Counted from the stretch's first letter, positions 34,840 to 45,889 are shown. The stretch: 64,000 bases of DNA from Candidatus Buchananbacteria bacterium RIFCSPHIGHO2_01_FULL_44_11 (GCA_001817345.1 MHIE01000019.1:10380-74379), one strand, 5' to 3'. Notes: a model not told the origin generated them from the sequence alone. Made by a program: numbers and translations.

Positions 34840-35709
34840 ATGGTTAACTTAGATAATGATTTAAAACAAAAGATCCTGCGGTTTCAAAAAGTTGAGATTA
34901 CTGAATACCAGGTCTATAAAAAGCTGGCCGCTTACAGCCCGGAGCCGAATAAAACCGTTTTGAATAAAATTGCTGAGGATGAGAAACGCCATGGCCAAAT
35001 TTGGCAAAATTATACCCAGACCCAGCTAGCCCCAGACGGACTAAAAATTTTTTTCTATACTGCTTTGGCTAAAATTCTTGGCCTAACCTTTGCTTTGAAA
35101 ATCATGGAAAACGGCGAGGAAAAAGCTCAGGCCGGTTATCAAAAAGTCATTAATGCCTTTCCGGAAACTCAAAAAATTTTTGAGGAAGAAAAACATCACG
35201 AGCAGGAATTACTCAATATCATTCAAGAAGAAAAGTTGGACTACATCGGTTCCATTGTTTTAGGTTTAAACGATGCCCTGGTGGAGTTAACCGGCGCGCT
35301 GGCCGGCTTAAGCCTGGCCCTCCAAAATACCCGACTAGTGGCGGTCGCTGGTACCATCACTGGAGTCGCGGCCGCCATGTCAATGGCCGCCTCCGAATAC
35401 TTGTCAAAAAAAGCCGAGGAACAAAAAACGCCGTTTAAATCCGCTGCCTATACCGGCGCTTTCTATATCATCACTGTTATACTGCTAGTGATACCGTTTT
35501 TTGTCTTTAATAGTTACAAAATCGCGCTGCCATTGACGCTAGTGATTGCCATTTTGATTATTGCCGCGTTTAACTTTTTTTCCGCCGTGGTTAAAAATAC
35601 TTCTTTCAAAAGTAAATTTCTGGAAATGGCGGCAATTAGTTTGGGCGTAGCGACCATCTCGTTTGGCATCAGCTACCTTTTAAAAACTTTTATCGGCATT
35701 GAAGCTTAA
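34840..35709 (+). CDS. VIT1/CCC1 family transporter with ferritin-like N-terminus
   Basis: EDEKRH and EEKHH (ExxH), VLGLNDALVE, SMAASEYLS. Confidence 0.88.
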   Translation: MVNLDNDLKQKILRFQKVEITEYQVYKKLAAYSPEPNKTVLNKIAEDEKRHGQIWQNYTQTQLAPDGLKIFFYTALAKILGLTFALKIMENGEEKAQAGYQKVINAFPETQKIFEEEKHHEQELLNIIQEEKLDYIGSIVLGLNDALVELTGALAGLSLALQNTRLVAVAGTITGVAAAMSMAASEYLSKKAEEQKTPFKSAAYTGAFYIITVILLVIPFFVFNSYKIALPLTLVIAILIIAAFNFFSAVVKNTSFKSKFLEMAAISLGVATISFGISYLLKTFIGIEA

Positions 35710-35761
35710 ATTAGATTATTTATTTAAAATTTAGAATTTAAAATTTTAAATTAATTCAAAT

Positions 35762-36712
35762 ATGGCCCAAAAAAAGAGTAAAACTGAATCCACTCGCGTG
35801 GTGATTATCGGCACCGGTTCAGTCGGCGCCACGACCGCTTTTGCCTTAATGACTCAGGGTATTGCCTCAGAAATCGTTTTAATTGACCGCAATAAAAACA
35901 AAGCCCAGGGCGAAGCTAAAGACCTGGAACAAGGATTGTCTTTTGTGCCCCAGGCTAAAGTTTGGGCCGGCGGTTACGCCGACTGCCGGCAGGCTGACGT
36001 AATTATCATTACCGCCGGCCTGGCCCAAAAACCCGGCCAGACTCGGCTGGAGCTGACTAAAACTAACGGCGAAATCATCAAAGGCATAATTAAAGAAATC
36101 AAGCGTTACACTAAAGACGCGATTATTCTGGTGGTGACTAATCCGCTAGACGTAATGACTTACCTCGCCAGTAAAGAATCGGGTTTTGCCGCCGGCCGGG
36201 TTTTAGGCAGCGGCACGACTTTGGATTCTTCGCGCTTCCGTTATTATTTGGCTAAAAAAACCGGACTAGCGGCAACTAGTGTTGGCGCTTATCTCCTCGG
36301 TGAACACGGCGACAGTTCAGTACCGGTTTATTCTCATGTTAACGTCATGGGTGAACCTATAGGTTCACTGCCCGGCGCCACCAAAAAAGCGGCGGTGGCT
36401 GCTTACAAAACCGCCCGGAATGCCGCTTATGAAGTGATCGCTAAAAAAGGCGCCACTTACTACGCCATTGCCTTAGCCGCGTCCAGACTGGTCCGGGCCA
36501 TTCTTTACGATGAAAACCACGTCTTTCCGGTTTCGGTGCTGCTGAAAGGCGAATATGGCCTTAAGGACGTCTGTTTGTCCGTCCCGGCGGTCATTGGCCG
36601 GACTGGCGTCAAAAAAATCATCAAAGTCAAATTAAACGCAGCTGAAACAAAACAATTGCACCGCTCGGCTAAAATCATTCAAAAGGCAATTGCCGACGTC
36701 AAAAAAAAGTGA
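35762..36712 (+). CDS. ldh: L-lactate dehydrogenase
   Basis: GTGSVG, AQKPGQTRL (Gln specificity), TNPLD, GTTLDSSR, GEHGDS, KGATYYAI. Confidence 0.93.
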   Translation: MAQKKSKTESTRVVIIGTGSVGATTAFALMTQGIASEIVLIDRNKNKAQGEAKDLEQGLSFVPQAKVWAGGYADCRQADVIIITAGLAQKPGQTRLELTKTNGEIIKGIIKEIKRYTKDAIILVVTNPLDVMTYLASKESGFAAGRVLGSGTTLDSSRFRYYLAKKTGLAATSVGAYLLGEHGDSSVPVYSHVNVMGEPIGSLPGATKKAAVAAYKTARNAAYEVIAKKGATYYAIALAASRLVRAILYDENHVFPVSVLLKGEYGLKDVCLSVPAVIGRTGVKKIIKVKLNAAETKQLHRSAKIIQKAIADVKKK

Positions 36713-37443
36713 ATCGCTTTTGGGAAATAGATTTTTTTCGCGGCTTGGGCATTATCCTGATGGTGATTTTTCATACCGCTTACGACTTGACCGCTTTTGG
36801 CCAGGTCGGTTTTAATTTCCAAGTCCTGGGCTGGAAAATATTTGCTTACGCCACGGGCAGTATTTTTCTGCTGCTGGTCGGAGTATCGTTAACGATCAGC
36901 TTGGCCCGGGCAAAAAATAACCAACCGACAAAATTTTTACATTTTAAATCCCTGATTCGCGGGCTTAAAATATTGCTCTGGGCTATGGCTATTACTATCG
37001 TCACCCGCATTTTTTTAGGCGACGGCTTTGTCGTTTTTGGCGTCCTGCATTTAATCGGCTTAGCCACTGTCCTGGCTTATCCTCTGAGAAATTTCAAAAT
37101 CCTTAACGTTAGCCTGGGTTTATTGATAATCGCTTTGGGAGTTTATTTACAAACCCTTAGATCCGCCTCAGCGGCTTTAGTCTGGCTGGGCATTGCTCCA
37201 ATCAATTTTTACTCCGTTGATTATTACCCCTTACTGCCCTGGTTGGGCGTAGTTTTACTGGGTGTCGCTTTGGGCAACTGGCTTTATCCTCAAGGCCAAA
37301 AAAAAATCAAAACTTCTGATTCAGCGCCAAATTTTTTAACAAAAAAAATCGCCTGCCTCGGGCAACATTCACTCTTAATATATCTGATTCACCAACCGAT
37401 ATTGATTGTTCTGCTTTGGTCCGCCGGCTTGATTAAAATTTAA
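36709..37443 (+). CDS. DUF1624 / heparan-alpha-glucosaminide N-acetyltransferase-like membrane protein
   Basis: RFWEIDFFRG..MVIFH, FGVLH, DYYPLLPW, GQHSLLIYLIHQP. Confidence 0.85.
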   Translation: MNRFWEIDFFRGLGIILMVIFHTAYDLTAFGQVGFNFQVLGWKIFAYATGSIFLLLVGVSLTISLARAKNNQPTKFLHFKSLIRGLKILLWAMAITIVTRIFLGDGFVVFGVLHLIGLATVLAYPLRNFKILNVSLGLLIIALGVYLQTLRSASAALVWLGIAPINFYSVDYYPLLPWLGVVLLGVALGNWLYPQGQKKIKTSDSAPNFLTKKIACLGQHSLLIYLIHQPILIVLLWSAGLIKI

Positions 37444-37446
37444 CCG

Positions 37447-38490
37447 CTACCACCAAATAATCTTTTTGATAATCAACCAGTAAAAATTAAAGATCGGATT
37501 GGCCAAATACTGCAAAAGCGGATTTTTCAGATCTTGAAACTCAATTTTACCGACAAAACGTTTAATCACTTCACAATCGCTTAACCGACGATTTTTTTGG
37601 ATACGCCGGCGAGTGGTGATAATTTTAGCCCAATTCTTCAAACTAAAAAAATAAAAACAAACTGACAGTTCTTGGCGCCAAAAACCGGCAAAAAAAGAAT
37701 AAAACAATAAAGCCAAATCCATGACTAGCCAGGCCGGAAAAATTAAAATCAAGGTCGCTAGCTTGTAATTTTGGAGCATGACCAAGTAACGATTGCGCTC
37801 CATATAATAATATTTCTTGATACTGCGCGAAAATTCGTACTTGTGATAAACAATTGAATCGGGTGCTAAAACTACTTTATAACCGCTGAGCCAAAGCCGC
37901 CAGCCCAAATCAACGTCTTCGTGATACATAAAAAAATCAGGATTAAAAAAACCAACCTCTTTAAGGATTGGCACTTTGAGCAGCATCGCCGCGCCCGAAG
38001 CATAGGTAATTTCTCTGGCCGCCAGCGGATAATCAGTCAGTTTGTAGCCGCCGGCAAAAGCAAAGCCTAAATAATGAATTTCGTTGCCCAGGCTGTTAAT
38101 TTTAGTTTTATCCTGATAAAGCAAAAGTTTTGACTGGACCGCGGCAATCTGAGAATCGGTTTGGGCTAAAGCCACGGCTTGGGCCAAAAAACTCGGGTCA
38201 ACTACGGTATCTTGATTCAAAAGATAAGCGTAGTCAAAGCCGTTAGAGCCGGCATATTCTAAACCAATGTTATTCCCCGCGGCAAAACCGATGTTACTTT
38301 GATTCTCAATTAGTTTAATCTTGGACCAATCTTTTTTAAGATAGTCAACCGAACCATCAGTGGAAGCATTGTCAACCACTAAAACGGCAGACTGCCCGGC
38401 TAGATAATTAATCACCGCCAAGCTCTCCAGACAATCCCGAAGGTAAGTCAGGCCATTGTAGTTGACAATAACAATTAAAACTTTAGTCAT
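37447..38490 (-). CDS. Glycosyltransferase family 2 (rhamnosyltransferase-like)
   Basis: IVNYNG, VDNASTDGS, LLNQD, FFMYHEDVDL. Confidence 0.9.
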   Translation of the reverse strand: MTKVLIVIVNYNGLTYLRDCLESLAVINYLAGQSAVLVVDNASTDGSVDYLKKDWSKIKLIENQSNIGFAAGNNIGLEYAGSNGFDYAYLLNQDTVVDPSFLAQAVALAQTDSQIAAVQSKLLLYQDKTKINSLGNEIHYLGFAFAGGYKLTDYPLAAREITYASGAAMLLKVPILKEVGFFNPDFFMYHEDVDLGWRLWLSGYKVVLAPDSIVYHKYEFSRSIKKYYYMERNRYLVMLQNYKLATLILIFPAWLVMDLALLFYSFFAGFWRQELSVCFYFFSLKNWAKIITTRRRIQKNRRLSDCEVIKRFVGKIEFQDLKNPLLQYLANPIFNFYWLIIKKIIWW

Positions 38491-38839
38491 TGTGGTGATC
38501 GGGTTTTTCTTCAACCCCAAATTTTTGACGTAAAGCCAGCTCTCTGATCACTTTTGTTGTTTGTTTGTCAATTTTTTCGAGTCGGACCGCCACTTTAAAA
38601 ACTACAAAGAATAAAACAATCACTGAAATATAAACCAATAGATCCACTCCCCTCTCTACCCCGACCAACCGAGCCACCACGTCGGTTTTTTGCGGCCATA
38701 AAGCGGCTAAAATCACCAGCAACCAAAAAACAATCCAAGCTAATAACTCCCGGCCGGTGATGTCTCTGACCTTAAAACGCAAAATCACTTTGGCCAAAAC
38801 AAAAATGGCAAAAATGACAATAAAAAATTGGATAATCAT
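38483..38839 (-). CDS. DUF2304 family membrane protein
   Basis: GVERGVDL, C-terminal TKVIRELAL; coupled to a GT2 gene. Confidence 0.85.
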   Translation of the reverse strand: MIIQFFIVIFAIFVLAKVILRFKVRDITGRELLAWIVFWLLVILAALWPQKTDVVARLVGVERGVDLLVYISVIVLFFVVFKVAVRLEKIDKQTTKVIRELALRQKFGVEEKPDHHND

Positions 38840-39513
38840 TTGACAATGCGGCTAAAAAATAAATCCCAAATTATCTGCCAGGCACCAGACAGCTTTTGGC
38901 CTTTTTGTAAAGAATAATCAGTGTAGCGAACAATCACCGGCACTTCTTTGAATTTAAGTTTTAATTTTTTAATTTGTTCAATAATTTCTGAGGCATGAGC
39001 CATACCATCCTGGCCAATCACGATCATTTCCGCCGCCGACCGGCTAAAGGCGCGTAAACCATTGTGAGTATCGGTTACTGCTAAGCCGGTATAAAGCCGG
39101 GTGATTGCCACTGCCAGTTTTAAAATTAACCGCTTCAGGGCAGGAATTTGGCTGGCGGCTTTACGGTTTAAAAAGCGAGAACCTAAAACCACCTGAACCT
39201 CCCCGAGTATTAACGGTTGAATCGCAACCTCAATGTCGGATGCCAACAGCTGGCCATCGGCGTCAAAAGTCACAACAATGTCCGCCCCGGCTTTCAGGGC
39301 AAAAAGAATGCCAGTTTGCAACGCTGCTCCCTGGCCACGATTGACTAAATGGGTAACGACGAGAGCCCCGGCCTGCTGAGCCAAAAAACCGGTGTTATCC
39401 GTTGAGCCGTCGTCAACCACGACTACCGAAGAAACCCGGTCTTTAACATCACTGACAACCTGGGTAATCACCCGGGCCTCATTGTAGGCGGGTAAAATGG
39501 CAAAGATTTTCAT
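38836..39513 (-). CDS. DPM1-like glycosyltransferase family 2
   Basis: PAYNE, VDDGSTD, NRGQGAAL, FDADGQ, GSRF, DTHNGLRAF. Confidence 0.92.
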   Translation of the reverse strand: MKIFAILPAYNEARVITQVVSDVKDRVSSVVVVDDGSTDNTGFLAQQAGALVVTHLVNRGQGAALQTGILFALKAGADIVVTFDADGQLLASDIEVAIQPLILGEVQVVLGSRFLNRKAASQIPALKRLILKLAVAITRLYTGLAVTDTHNGLRAFSRSAAEMIVIGQDGMAHASEIIEQIKKLKLKFKEVPVIVRYTDYSLQKGQKLSGAWQIIWDLFFSRIVK

Positions 39514-40544
39514 CTTGCTTGCTTTAATTTAGTCTCCGGCCGCAGAATTGATTTGTGAGCTTTAACGTAGTTGATGAATTCCTTAATGCCATTCTCCAAA
39601 AGCACAATCGGAAACCAACCCAATCTTTCTTTAGCTAAAGTAATATCGGGCAAACCTAGTGGGGTCATGAATAACAGCGGTTTTTCAAAAACTATTTTTG
39701 AGGTTGAGCCGGTTAATTCAATCACTTTATTAGCCACGTCAACAATATGCTCTTCCAGGTCACTACCTAAATTAATCGGCCCAGCTTCTCCACTTTTCAT
39801 TACTTTGATCAATCCTTGGATCACGTCCGAAATGTAACAAAATGACGAAGAAAAATTTTTGTCACCATAAATCACCAAATCTTTATTCGCCAAAGCGTTA
39901 TAAACAAAATCAGGCAGCATCTGGCCGTCATTTAGTTTCAACCGCGGCCCATAAGTCCTGAAGACTCTGACAATTTTTGTATCCAGTTTGTGCGACTGGC
40001 GATAAGTGTTAATCATGGTTTCGGCAAACCTTTTACCCTCGTCATAGCAGGCCCGCGGACTCAAACAATCGACTGTGCCCAGATTAGATTCGGCAAAGTA
40101 AGGATTAGCCGCCTGTCTTGGCCCGTAGATAACAGCTGAAGAAGTAAATAAAAATTTAGCTTTATACGTCACAGCTAGATCCAAAACATTTTTGATACCG
40201 ACTGAATTAGCCAAGACGGTTTGAATTATATTTTTTTCAAAATTTTTCGGAGAAGTCGGACAGGCCAGATGATAAATTTCCTGAATACCCTGGAATTGAA
40301 TTTTAAACTTTTCCAACTCCGGCAATAATTTCAGGTCAATTGGTTCGTTGATGTCGTGACGAATAAACTGAAAATTGGGATTTTGGAGTAAATGATCAAT
40401 GTTTTGTTCGTCGCCGGAAATAAAATTATCAAGGCAAATTACCTTGTTATTTTTTACCAATTCATCACAAAGATGAGAGCCGATAAAGCCGGCGCCGCCG
40501 GTGACTAAAATATTTTTTTTCTCGAAAATTGGCTTGATTGTCAT
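39510..40544 (-). CDS. UDP-glucuronate decarboxylase (UDP-xylose synthase)-like SDR
   Basis: TGGAGFIGSHLC, IYHLACPTSP, RACYDEGKR, TYGPR. Confidence 0.85.
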   Translation of the reverse strand: MTIKPIFEKKNILVTGGAGFIGSHLCDELVKNNKVICLDNFISGDEQNIDHLLQNPNFQFIRHDINEPIDLKLLPELEKFKIQFQGIQEIYHLACPTSPKNFEKNIIQTVLANSVGIKNVLDLAVTYKAKFLFTSSAVIYGPRQAANPYFAESNLGTVDCLSPRACYDEGKRFAETMINTYRQSHKLDTKIVRVFRTYGPRLKLNDGQMLPDFVYNALANKDLVIYGDKNFSSSFCYISDVIQGLIKVMKSGEAGPINLGSDLEEHIVDVANKVIELTGSTSKIVFEKPLLFMTPLGLPDITLAKERLGWFPIVLLENGIKEFINYVKAHKSILRPETKLKQAR

Positions 40545-40597
40545 AAGCTAAAACTTAGAACTTATTAGCAAAAAGAAACCTACTTTATTATATATTT

Positions 40598-41053
40598 TTA
40601 GCGACTTTTAATCAAGGCTGAGCTATTTTTGACTTTAAACGTCCAAAACCGATTAATCAAATAATTCCAGAAAGTAACCGCACCGGTAGCAATCACCCAG
40701 GACCACCGGTAGTCAAGATATAACCATTCGGTCAAAGCATAAATGATACCGGTGGTGATCAATAAACCCGAGACCAAAACAACAATAAATTTTAATAACT
40801 GGCTAAAGGCGGCTGTCCCCCACTCTTTACTCCGAAAAGTCCAGAATTTATTGCTGAAAAAATTAAAGGTGACCGAAACCATGAAACCCAAGGCGTTGGA
40901 ATATAAATACCAAAAATTGAGCCATTCGGTTAAAGAATACAAAATGAAAAAATGAATGACCGCGGCCGCCGAACCGACAAAGCAAAACTTAATGAATTGC
41001 TTAAATGTCGGTCGTTGGTTCAGATACCCCCTGATGGCTGAAAAAAAAGACAT
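40598..41053 (-). CDS. GtrA family flippase-like protein
   Basis: QFIKFCFVG, FNFFSNKFWTF, WNYLINRFWTF. Confidence 0.92.
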   Translation of the reverse strand: MSFFSAIRGYLNQRPTFKQFIKFCFVGSAAAVIHFFILYSLTEWLNFWYLYSNALGFMVSVTFNFFSNKFWTFRSKEWGTAAFSQLLKFIVVLVSGLLITTGIIYALTEWLYLDYRWSWVIATGAVTFWNYLINRFWTFKVKNSSALIKSR

Positions 41054-41055
41054 AA

Positions 41056-43311
41056 TTACAAAATAATCACGGCTGGCCTGACCCCGCCTTTATATTTCAC
41101 ATCATGGCCGGTCAAAACTGATTTAAGCTCGCCCGCATAGTTAAAGACTTTCAGCTCCGAATTACCGCTCACCGAACGGCCGGCGATAATTTCGTCAATG
41201 CCGTCATTATCAATATCGCCTGCCGCCAATTCCACGCCGGCAAAATAATTAGGCTCAAAAGCAAAAAAATTGGCTAACTGCGTTCCCTGACGATTAAACA
41301 CTCGGACTGTCGGTGTGGCGTTCTTTTGCGGGCTGACAATAATTTTAAACTGACCGTCGCCAAAAATATCGCCCACGGCCACATTGACCCCGCCGGTGAA
41401 AGTTTGATTATAGGCAAAAAATTGACTTAAGACAGTGCCAGCAGAATCAAAAATTCGAACATGGGGCCCGCCACCCGTGCCGGCACCAGTAACAATTTCC
41501 GCCAGCCCGTCGCCGTTAATGTCTCCAACCGCGACTTTTACCCCGCCGGTAAAATTCTGGTCATAGGCTAAGAAACTTTGAAGTAATTTACCTCTAAAGT
41601 CAAAAACTTTAACCTCAGGTCTTGCGCCTTTGCCGCTGCCCGTGACAATTTCTGCCACGCCGTCCTCATTAACATCCCCGACCGCCACGTTTACCCCACC
41701 CCGGAAAACTTGGTCATAGGCAAAAAATTGGCCTAAGACATGGCCCTCCTGATCAAAGACGCGAACATGGGGTCCGCCACCGTTGCCAGCGCCGGTGACA
41801 ATATCTTGAATCTTATCACCGGTCACATCCCCGGTGGCCACATTAATCACCCCGGAAAAATTAGGGCTATAGGCGTAAAAAGATTTAAACTCCGAACCAT
41901 CTGTCTTTAATATCTTTAACTGAGGAAAAGAACCAAGACCCAGGCCGGCAACTAAGTAAGCTTGTTTGCCAAAACCGGCATTAGCGCCGCGGCTTTCGCC
42001 TAAGGCCGCTTCCAGCGCCCCATCAATGTCCAACTGGCCGGAACCAAGTTTGCCCTGGAAGCCGGGATTATAGATATCAATATTCTGAGTTGAATTCAAA
42101 ATAGAATCACGAATCATCTTGGCGCTGAACTGTGGCCGCAAAGCTTTGATTATGGCGGCGGTGCCGCTGACCAAAGGCGTGGATAAAGAAGTACCGGACC
42201 AATAACCGTTGTAATAACTCTTTAAACTGGCTTGAGTGGCATCGTAAACTTGAGTAGAATAAAATTTTTCGCCCGGCGCGACAATATCAACGCATTTACC
42301 GTAATTGGAAAATTTTGATTTTTTAAAAGTCTGGTCAATTGCAGCTACGCCAATCACCATATTTTCGCCGCCTGAGCCGTCACTGCAGACCGGATAATAT
42401 TCAGTTAAATCCAAATTAACGCCGTCAATATTCGGGTCGGTATTGCCGGCCGCGGCCACAATAATTACCCCGCGGTCATAGGCGCGCTTGATCGCGGCAT
42501 CCAGGCTCTGGCTTTGATTCTGACCGATAAAACTCATGTTGATCACGTCCGCACCCGCGTTTATGGCATAATCAATCGCTTTAACCGCCGAGAAAATATC
42601 ACCGGAGCCGGTGCTGTCTAGAATCCGTAAAGGCATGACTTCACTAAACCAGCTAATGCCAGCGATGCCTTCACTGTTATTAATGCTGGCGGCGGCGATG
42701 CCGGCGACAATTGTCCCATGGTTAATCGCACCCAGTTCATAGCCATTAGTCAAGGCCGGATTAGGATCGGCATCGCTACTGACAAAATCCCAGCCGTTGA
42801 TGTCGTCAACATAACCATTTTGATCGTTATCAACTCCGTCGCCTTTTCTTTCGTTGATATTAGTCCAAATTTTATCTTTCAAATCAGGGTGATCCAAATC
42901 CACGCCGGTATCCAAAATGGCAATCACTGACCGCTTGGTAATGCGTTCGGATTCGCGAATCAATAATTCCTTTGACCAAGCCGACCGGATATTAACCATC
43001 TGCAGATACTGCTGTTTTGGATATTCCGGATCATCGGGAAAAGCGGCCACGGCGAGCAAATAGTTTGGTTCAATATATTCAACTTCTGGAAAATTTTGAT
43101 AGCGCTCAATCAATGGCGCTAAATCCAACTGCTGATCAACTTTCAGCCTTAAAATTTCATCACTGTTTTTAAATTTAACTAAAAGTTCTCCGGTCAAAAA
43201 ATTTCCGGGCTGACTGGCTTCAGCCAACCCAGTTAAAGCCGAATAACTAAAAATACCAAAAACCACCAGAATTAAGCCGAAAAAAATTTTTGACTTGATC
43301 AGTTTAGTCAT
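41056..43311 (-). CDS. Secreted S8 subtilisin-like protease with C-terminal FG-GAP-like repeats
   Basis: Triad ILDTG / HGTIVAG / GTSLSTP; about 5 repeats of F(F/L)AY..F.GGV.VAVGD..GDG..EIVTG. Confidence 0.9.
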   Translation of the reverse strand: MTKLIKSKIFFGLILVVFGIFSYSALTGLAEASQPGNFLTGELLVKFKNSDEILRLKVDQQLDLAPLIERYQNFPEVEYIEPNYLLAVAAFPDDPEYPKQQYLQMVNIRSAWSKELLIRESERITKRSVIAILDTGVDLDHPDLKDKIWTNINERKGDGVDNDQNGYVDDINGWDFVSSDADPNPALTNGYELGAINHGTIVAGIAAASINNSEGIAGISWFSEVMPLRILDSTGSGDIFSAVKAIDYAINAGADVINMSFIGQNQSQSLDAAIKRAYDRGVIIVAAAGNTDPNIDGVNLDLTEYYPVCSDGSGGENMVIGVAAIDQTFKKSKFSNYGKCVDIVAPGEKFYSTQVYDATQASLKSYYNGYWSGTSLSTPLVSGTAAIIKALRPQFSAKMIRDSILNSTQNIDIYNPGFQGKLGSGQLDIDGALEAALGESRGANAGFGKQAYLVAGLGLGSFPQLKILKTDGSEFKSFYAYSPNFSGVINVATGDVTGDKIQDIVTGAGNGGGPHVRVFDQEGHVLGQFFAYDQVFRGGVNVAVGDVNEDGVAEIVTGSGKGARPEVKVFDFRGKLLQSFLAYDQNFTGGVKVAVGDINGDGLAEIVTGAGTGGGPHVRIFDSAGTVLSQFFAYNQTFTGGVNVAVGDIFGDGQFKIIVSPQKNATPTVRVFNRQGTQLANFFAFEPNYFAGVELAAGDIDNDGIDEIIAGRSVSGNSELKVFNYAGELKSVLTGHDVKYKGGVRPAVIIL

Positions 43312-43320
43312 GGAATCAGG

Positions 43321-45783
43321 CTAAGTGCCGGTTTGATTTTCTTTTAGAAGCTTAATAAATTCAGAGGCGCTGGGCGCTTGGGGATTAAGAGCTGAGCCCT
43401 GGCTGGCGGCGTCAGTGGCCTTATTTTCGTCGCCGCTGGCAAAATAAATGCTGGCCAGCATAAAATAGGCGTCAGAATTTTGGGGTTCTAAATTGATAAT
43501 TTGAGATTGCATGGCAATGGCCCCAGGATAGTTATTAACTCGCAGATATAAATCGCGCAAGACACCGTAATCATTTATGGTTAAAATCTTATTCATCTGA
43601 AACAAAGTGGCAAACTCTTGGTCAACTAAAGCCGCCTGATCGGTCAAAATCCCGACTGAAATCAAGCTCAGATGGGATTCTACGACCCAAGGTGCTTTAT
43701 CTACTGCCAGCTGAAAATACTCAATCGCCTTCTTAGTATCACCTTTAAACAGATAAGACTGACCCAGTTCCAAGTAAAGTTGCGGCCGGTCTGGGCTCAA
43801 CGGTATCCCCTGATTGATGAGGGTAATGGCTTTATCAACCCGGCTGGAATCGAGCCTGGCGGTATCATTATAAAACCCGGCTAGCCATAAATGATGCCGG
43901 ACATTCCACGGCTCATCTTTGACGCTTTTTTCCAGTTCAGTTAAAGCTCGATCAACGATCTGAGTTCTCTGGCTCCCAGGAATTTGATTATTTCTAGCGA
44001 CATTAATGGCAAAGTTAGAAAATTGTTGCCGGAGCTCAAACCGACCAACGACTGTGGTGGCGATCGATTTTTCAAAATATTCAGAGGCCAATGTAACGTC
44101 GTTAGTAGTTAAGGCTTTGTAGATATAGTTATTCGCTTTTAAGGTTCTAAAATTGACAAGAAGACCGATTACTAAAATAACAGCGACAATTGGCAGCAAA
44201 TAAAATTTAGCGTTCGTGTCGGCTTGGGCTACCGGCGGATAAACCGTTTCCGAATTTTCCTGGTCTGGATGTAATGTTAAAAAGACAACAAAAGCTAAAA
44301 ATAAATAAAACAATATTTCCGTGTTCAAAGTGTCAAAGACAAAAAAATTCTGGACAAAATAGGCAACGATCAAACCAATAAAAAGCCAGCTGGAACTAAG
44401 CGACCGATTTTTTTTATAGATCCGCAATAACGACCGGGCCGCCAAAAGAAGCATCGCTAAGTAGGCCGCCAAACCGATAATGCCGGTCGTGACGCCAACG
44501 TCAAAAATAATGTTATGAGCCCGGTCAAACCAAATTTGGGAACCGGAATCTTTAAAAATCTTGACTGGGAAATATTTATTAAAGGCATAGGCATAGTCTT
44601 CCGGGCCGTAGCCAATTAAAAACGACTTAACTGACTCGGTCCAGCCTCGCCAGCTGGCCTGCCAGGTCAGTAACCGGGATTCACTGGTAATGTCAGTTAG
44701 CGAAATATTAGCCAAACGATTCAGGGTTGGAACGTTTTTGACCACCGGCAAATCTTTCAAAGCCAAAAGGCTAAACGGTAAAATCAGTAAAACGACCAAA
44801 AAACCAAGGCCAAAAGTTTTTAACTTTTTGCCCCGGGGTAAAAAGAGCAAAACTAAACTCAAAAAAATCGCGCTGGCAAAAATACCCAGCATGGCGCCGC
44901 GAGTTTGGGTGTTGAAAAAAATCAAAAACTCAAATAAAAAAACCAGGGTTAAAAGAATTCGGACAGAATATTTTTTTGCCCGCAAAAACCAGGCGGCGAC
45001 AATCAGTAGTTGTAAAGTTAAAAACGGATAAAACAGGGCGGGATATTTGATCGCCTCGCTTAAAACCGGCACTTTGAAAAAATTAAAAAACTGCCAATCG
45101 GCCAGGGGGAAAATTTTATATAGAATAGCAGCTAAAACCAAGTAAGCGTCAAAGGTAAAATTACTGAAACTAAACAACTTAAGGTTAAAGCGGTTCTCTT
45201 GAGCCCAAAAATAAACAATGAAAAACAGGTTGAAAAGTAGATAGGCGGCAAAAAAAGTGGCATTGCCCAGCGTACCGGTCAGCCGGCTGCCGCCTGAAGA
45301 CTGCATTAAAAACGGTACTTGGAGCCATTGGGCAAAAGCAAAAAAACTCATCAATAGGCTGGCAAACACCGAAAAGCTGAAAAAATTGTGCCAGTCTTTT
45401 TTTTGTTTAAAAACATTGAACAAAACAAAAAAATATAAAACTAGATGGAGGTGATGGAATAAACCGCTCATCCGTTCATAATTGCCCCAAAAACTGCCGT
45501 AGGGGCCGAGACTAAAAACTGTCGCCACGGTCGAAATGCCAAAAAAAGCTAAAACCGCCCAAACCAATTGGTTAAACTTAGGCCGGTAGACCGGCACCAA
45601 GGAGGCTAAAATTATATAAGCGGCCAGGATAATTTCAACCGCTATTCTGAATAAAACATTCTTCAAGACAATGAACGGGAAAAAAAAGTGACTGTTCATC
45701 ACCAAGGGTAAAAAAATAGTCAGTAAAACGCCGACTTTTATCACTGTCAGAAGAATCCGGATGAATCTTTGTTGGTTAAGCAT
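43321..45783 (-). CDS. O-antigen ligase-like membrane protein with TPR repeats
   Basis: GTLGNA, TQTRGA, IGYGPE, DRAHN; TPR-like C-terminus. Confidence 0.85.
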   Translation of the reverse strand: MLNQQRFIRILLTVIKVGVLLTIFLPLVMNSHFFFPFIVLKNVLFRIAVEIILAAYIILASLVPVYRPKFNQLVWAVLAFFGISTVATVFSLGPYGSFWGNYERMSGLFHHLHLVLYFFVLFNVFKQKKDWHNFFSFSVFASLLMSFFAFAQWLQVPFLMQSSGGSRLTGTLGNATFFAAYLLFNLFFIVYFWAQENRFNLKLFSFSNFTFDAYLVLAAILYKIFPLADWQFFNFFKVPVLSEAIKYPALFYPFLTLQLLIVAAWFLRAKKYSVRILLTLVFLFEFLIFFNTQTRGAMLGIFASAIFLSLVLLFLPRGKKLKTFGLGFLVVLLILPFSLLALKDLPVVKNVPTLNRLANISLTDITSESRLLTWQASWRGWTESVKSFLIGYGPEDYAYAFNKYFPVKIFKDSGSQIWFDRAHNIIFDVGVTTGIIGLAAYLAMLLLAARSLLRIYKKNRSLSSSWLFIGLIVAYFVQNFFVFDTLNTEILFYLFLAFVVFLTLHPDQENSETVYPPVAQADTNAKFYLLPIVAVILVIGLLVNFRTLKANNYIYKALTTNDVTLASEYFEKSIATTVVGRFELRQQFSNFAINVARNNQIPGSQRTQIVDRALTELEKSVKDEPWNVRHHLWLAGFYNDTARLDSSRVDKAITLINQGIPLSPDRPQLYLELGQSYLFKGDTKKAIEYFQLAVDKAPWVVESHLSLISVGILTDQAALVDQEFATLFQMNKILTINDYGVLRDLYLRVNNYPGAIAMQSQIINLEPQNSDAYFMLASIYFASGDENKATDAASQGSALNPQAPSASEFIKLLKENQTGT

Positions 45784-45889
45784 TATTTTAATTTTAAAAT
45801 TTAACAGCTGGAACTCTAATCCTAGCCTAATATAATAAAATAATCATACCAAAAAATCGGTTTTCCGGCAAGGTAAAAAATGATTAACC

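Noticed and set aside
41100-41900. Repeated DNA in the S8 protease gene as a second VR set
   Set aside because: Ordinary FG-GAP-like protein repeats; differences are not adenine-specific and there is no similarity to TR.
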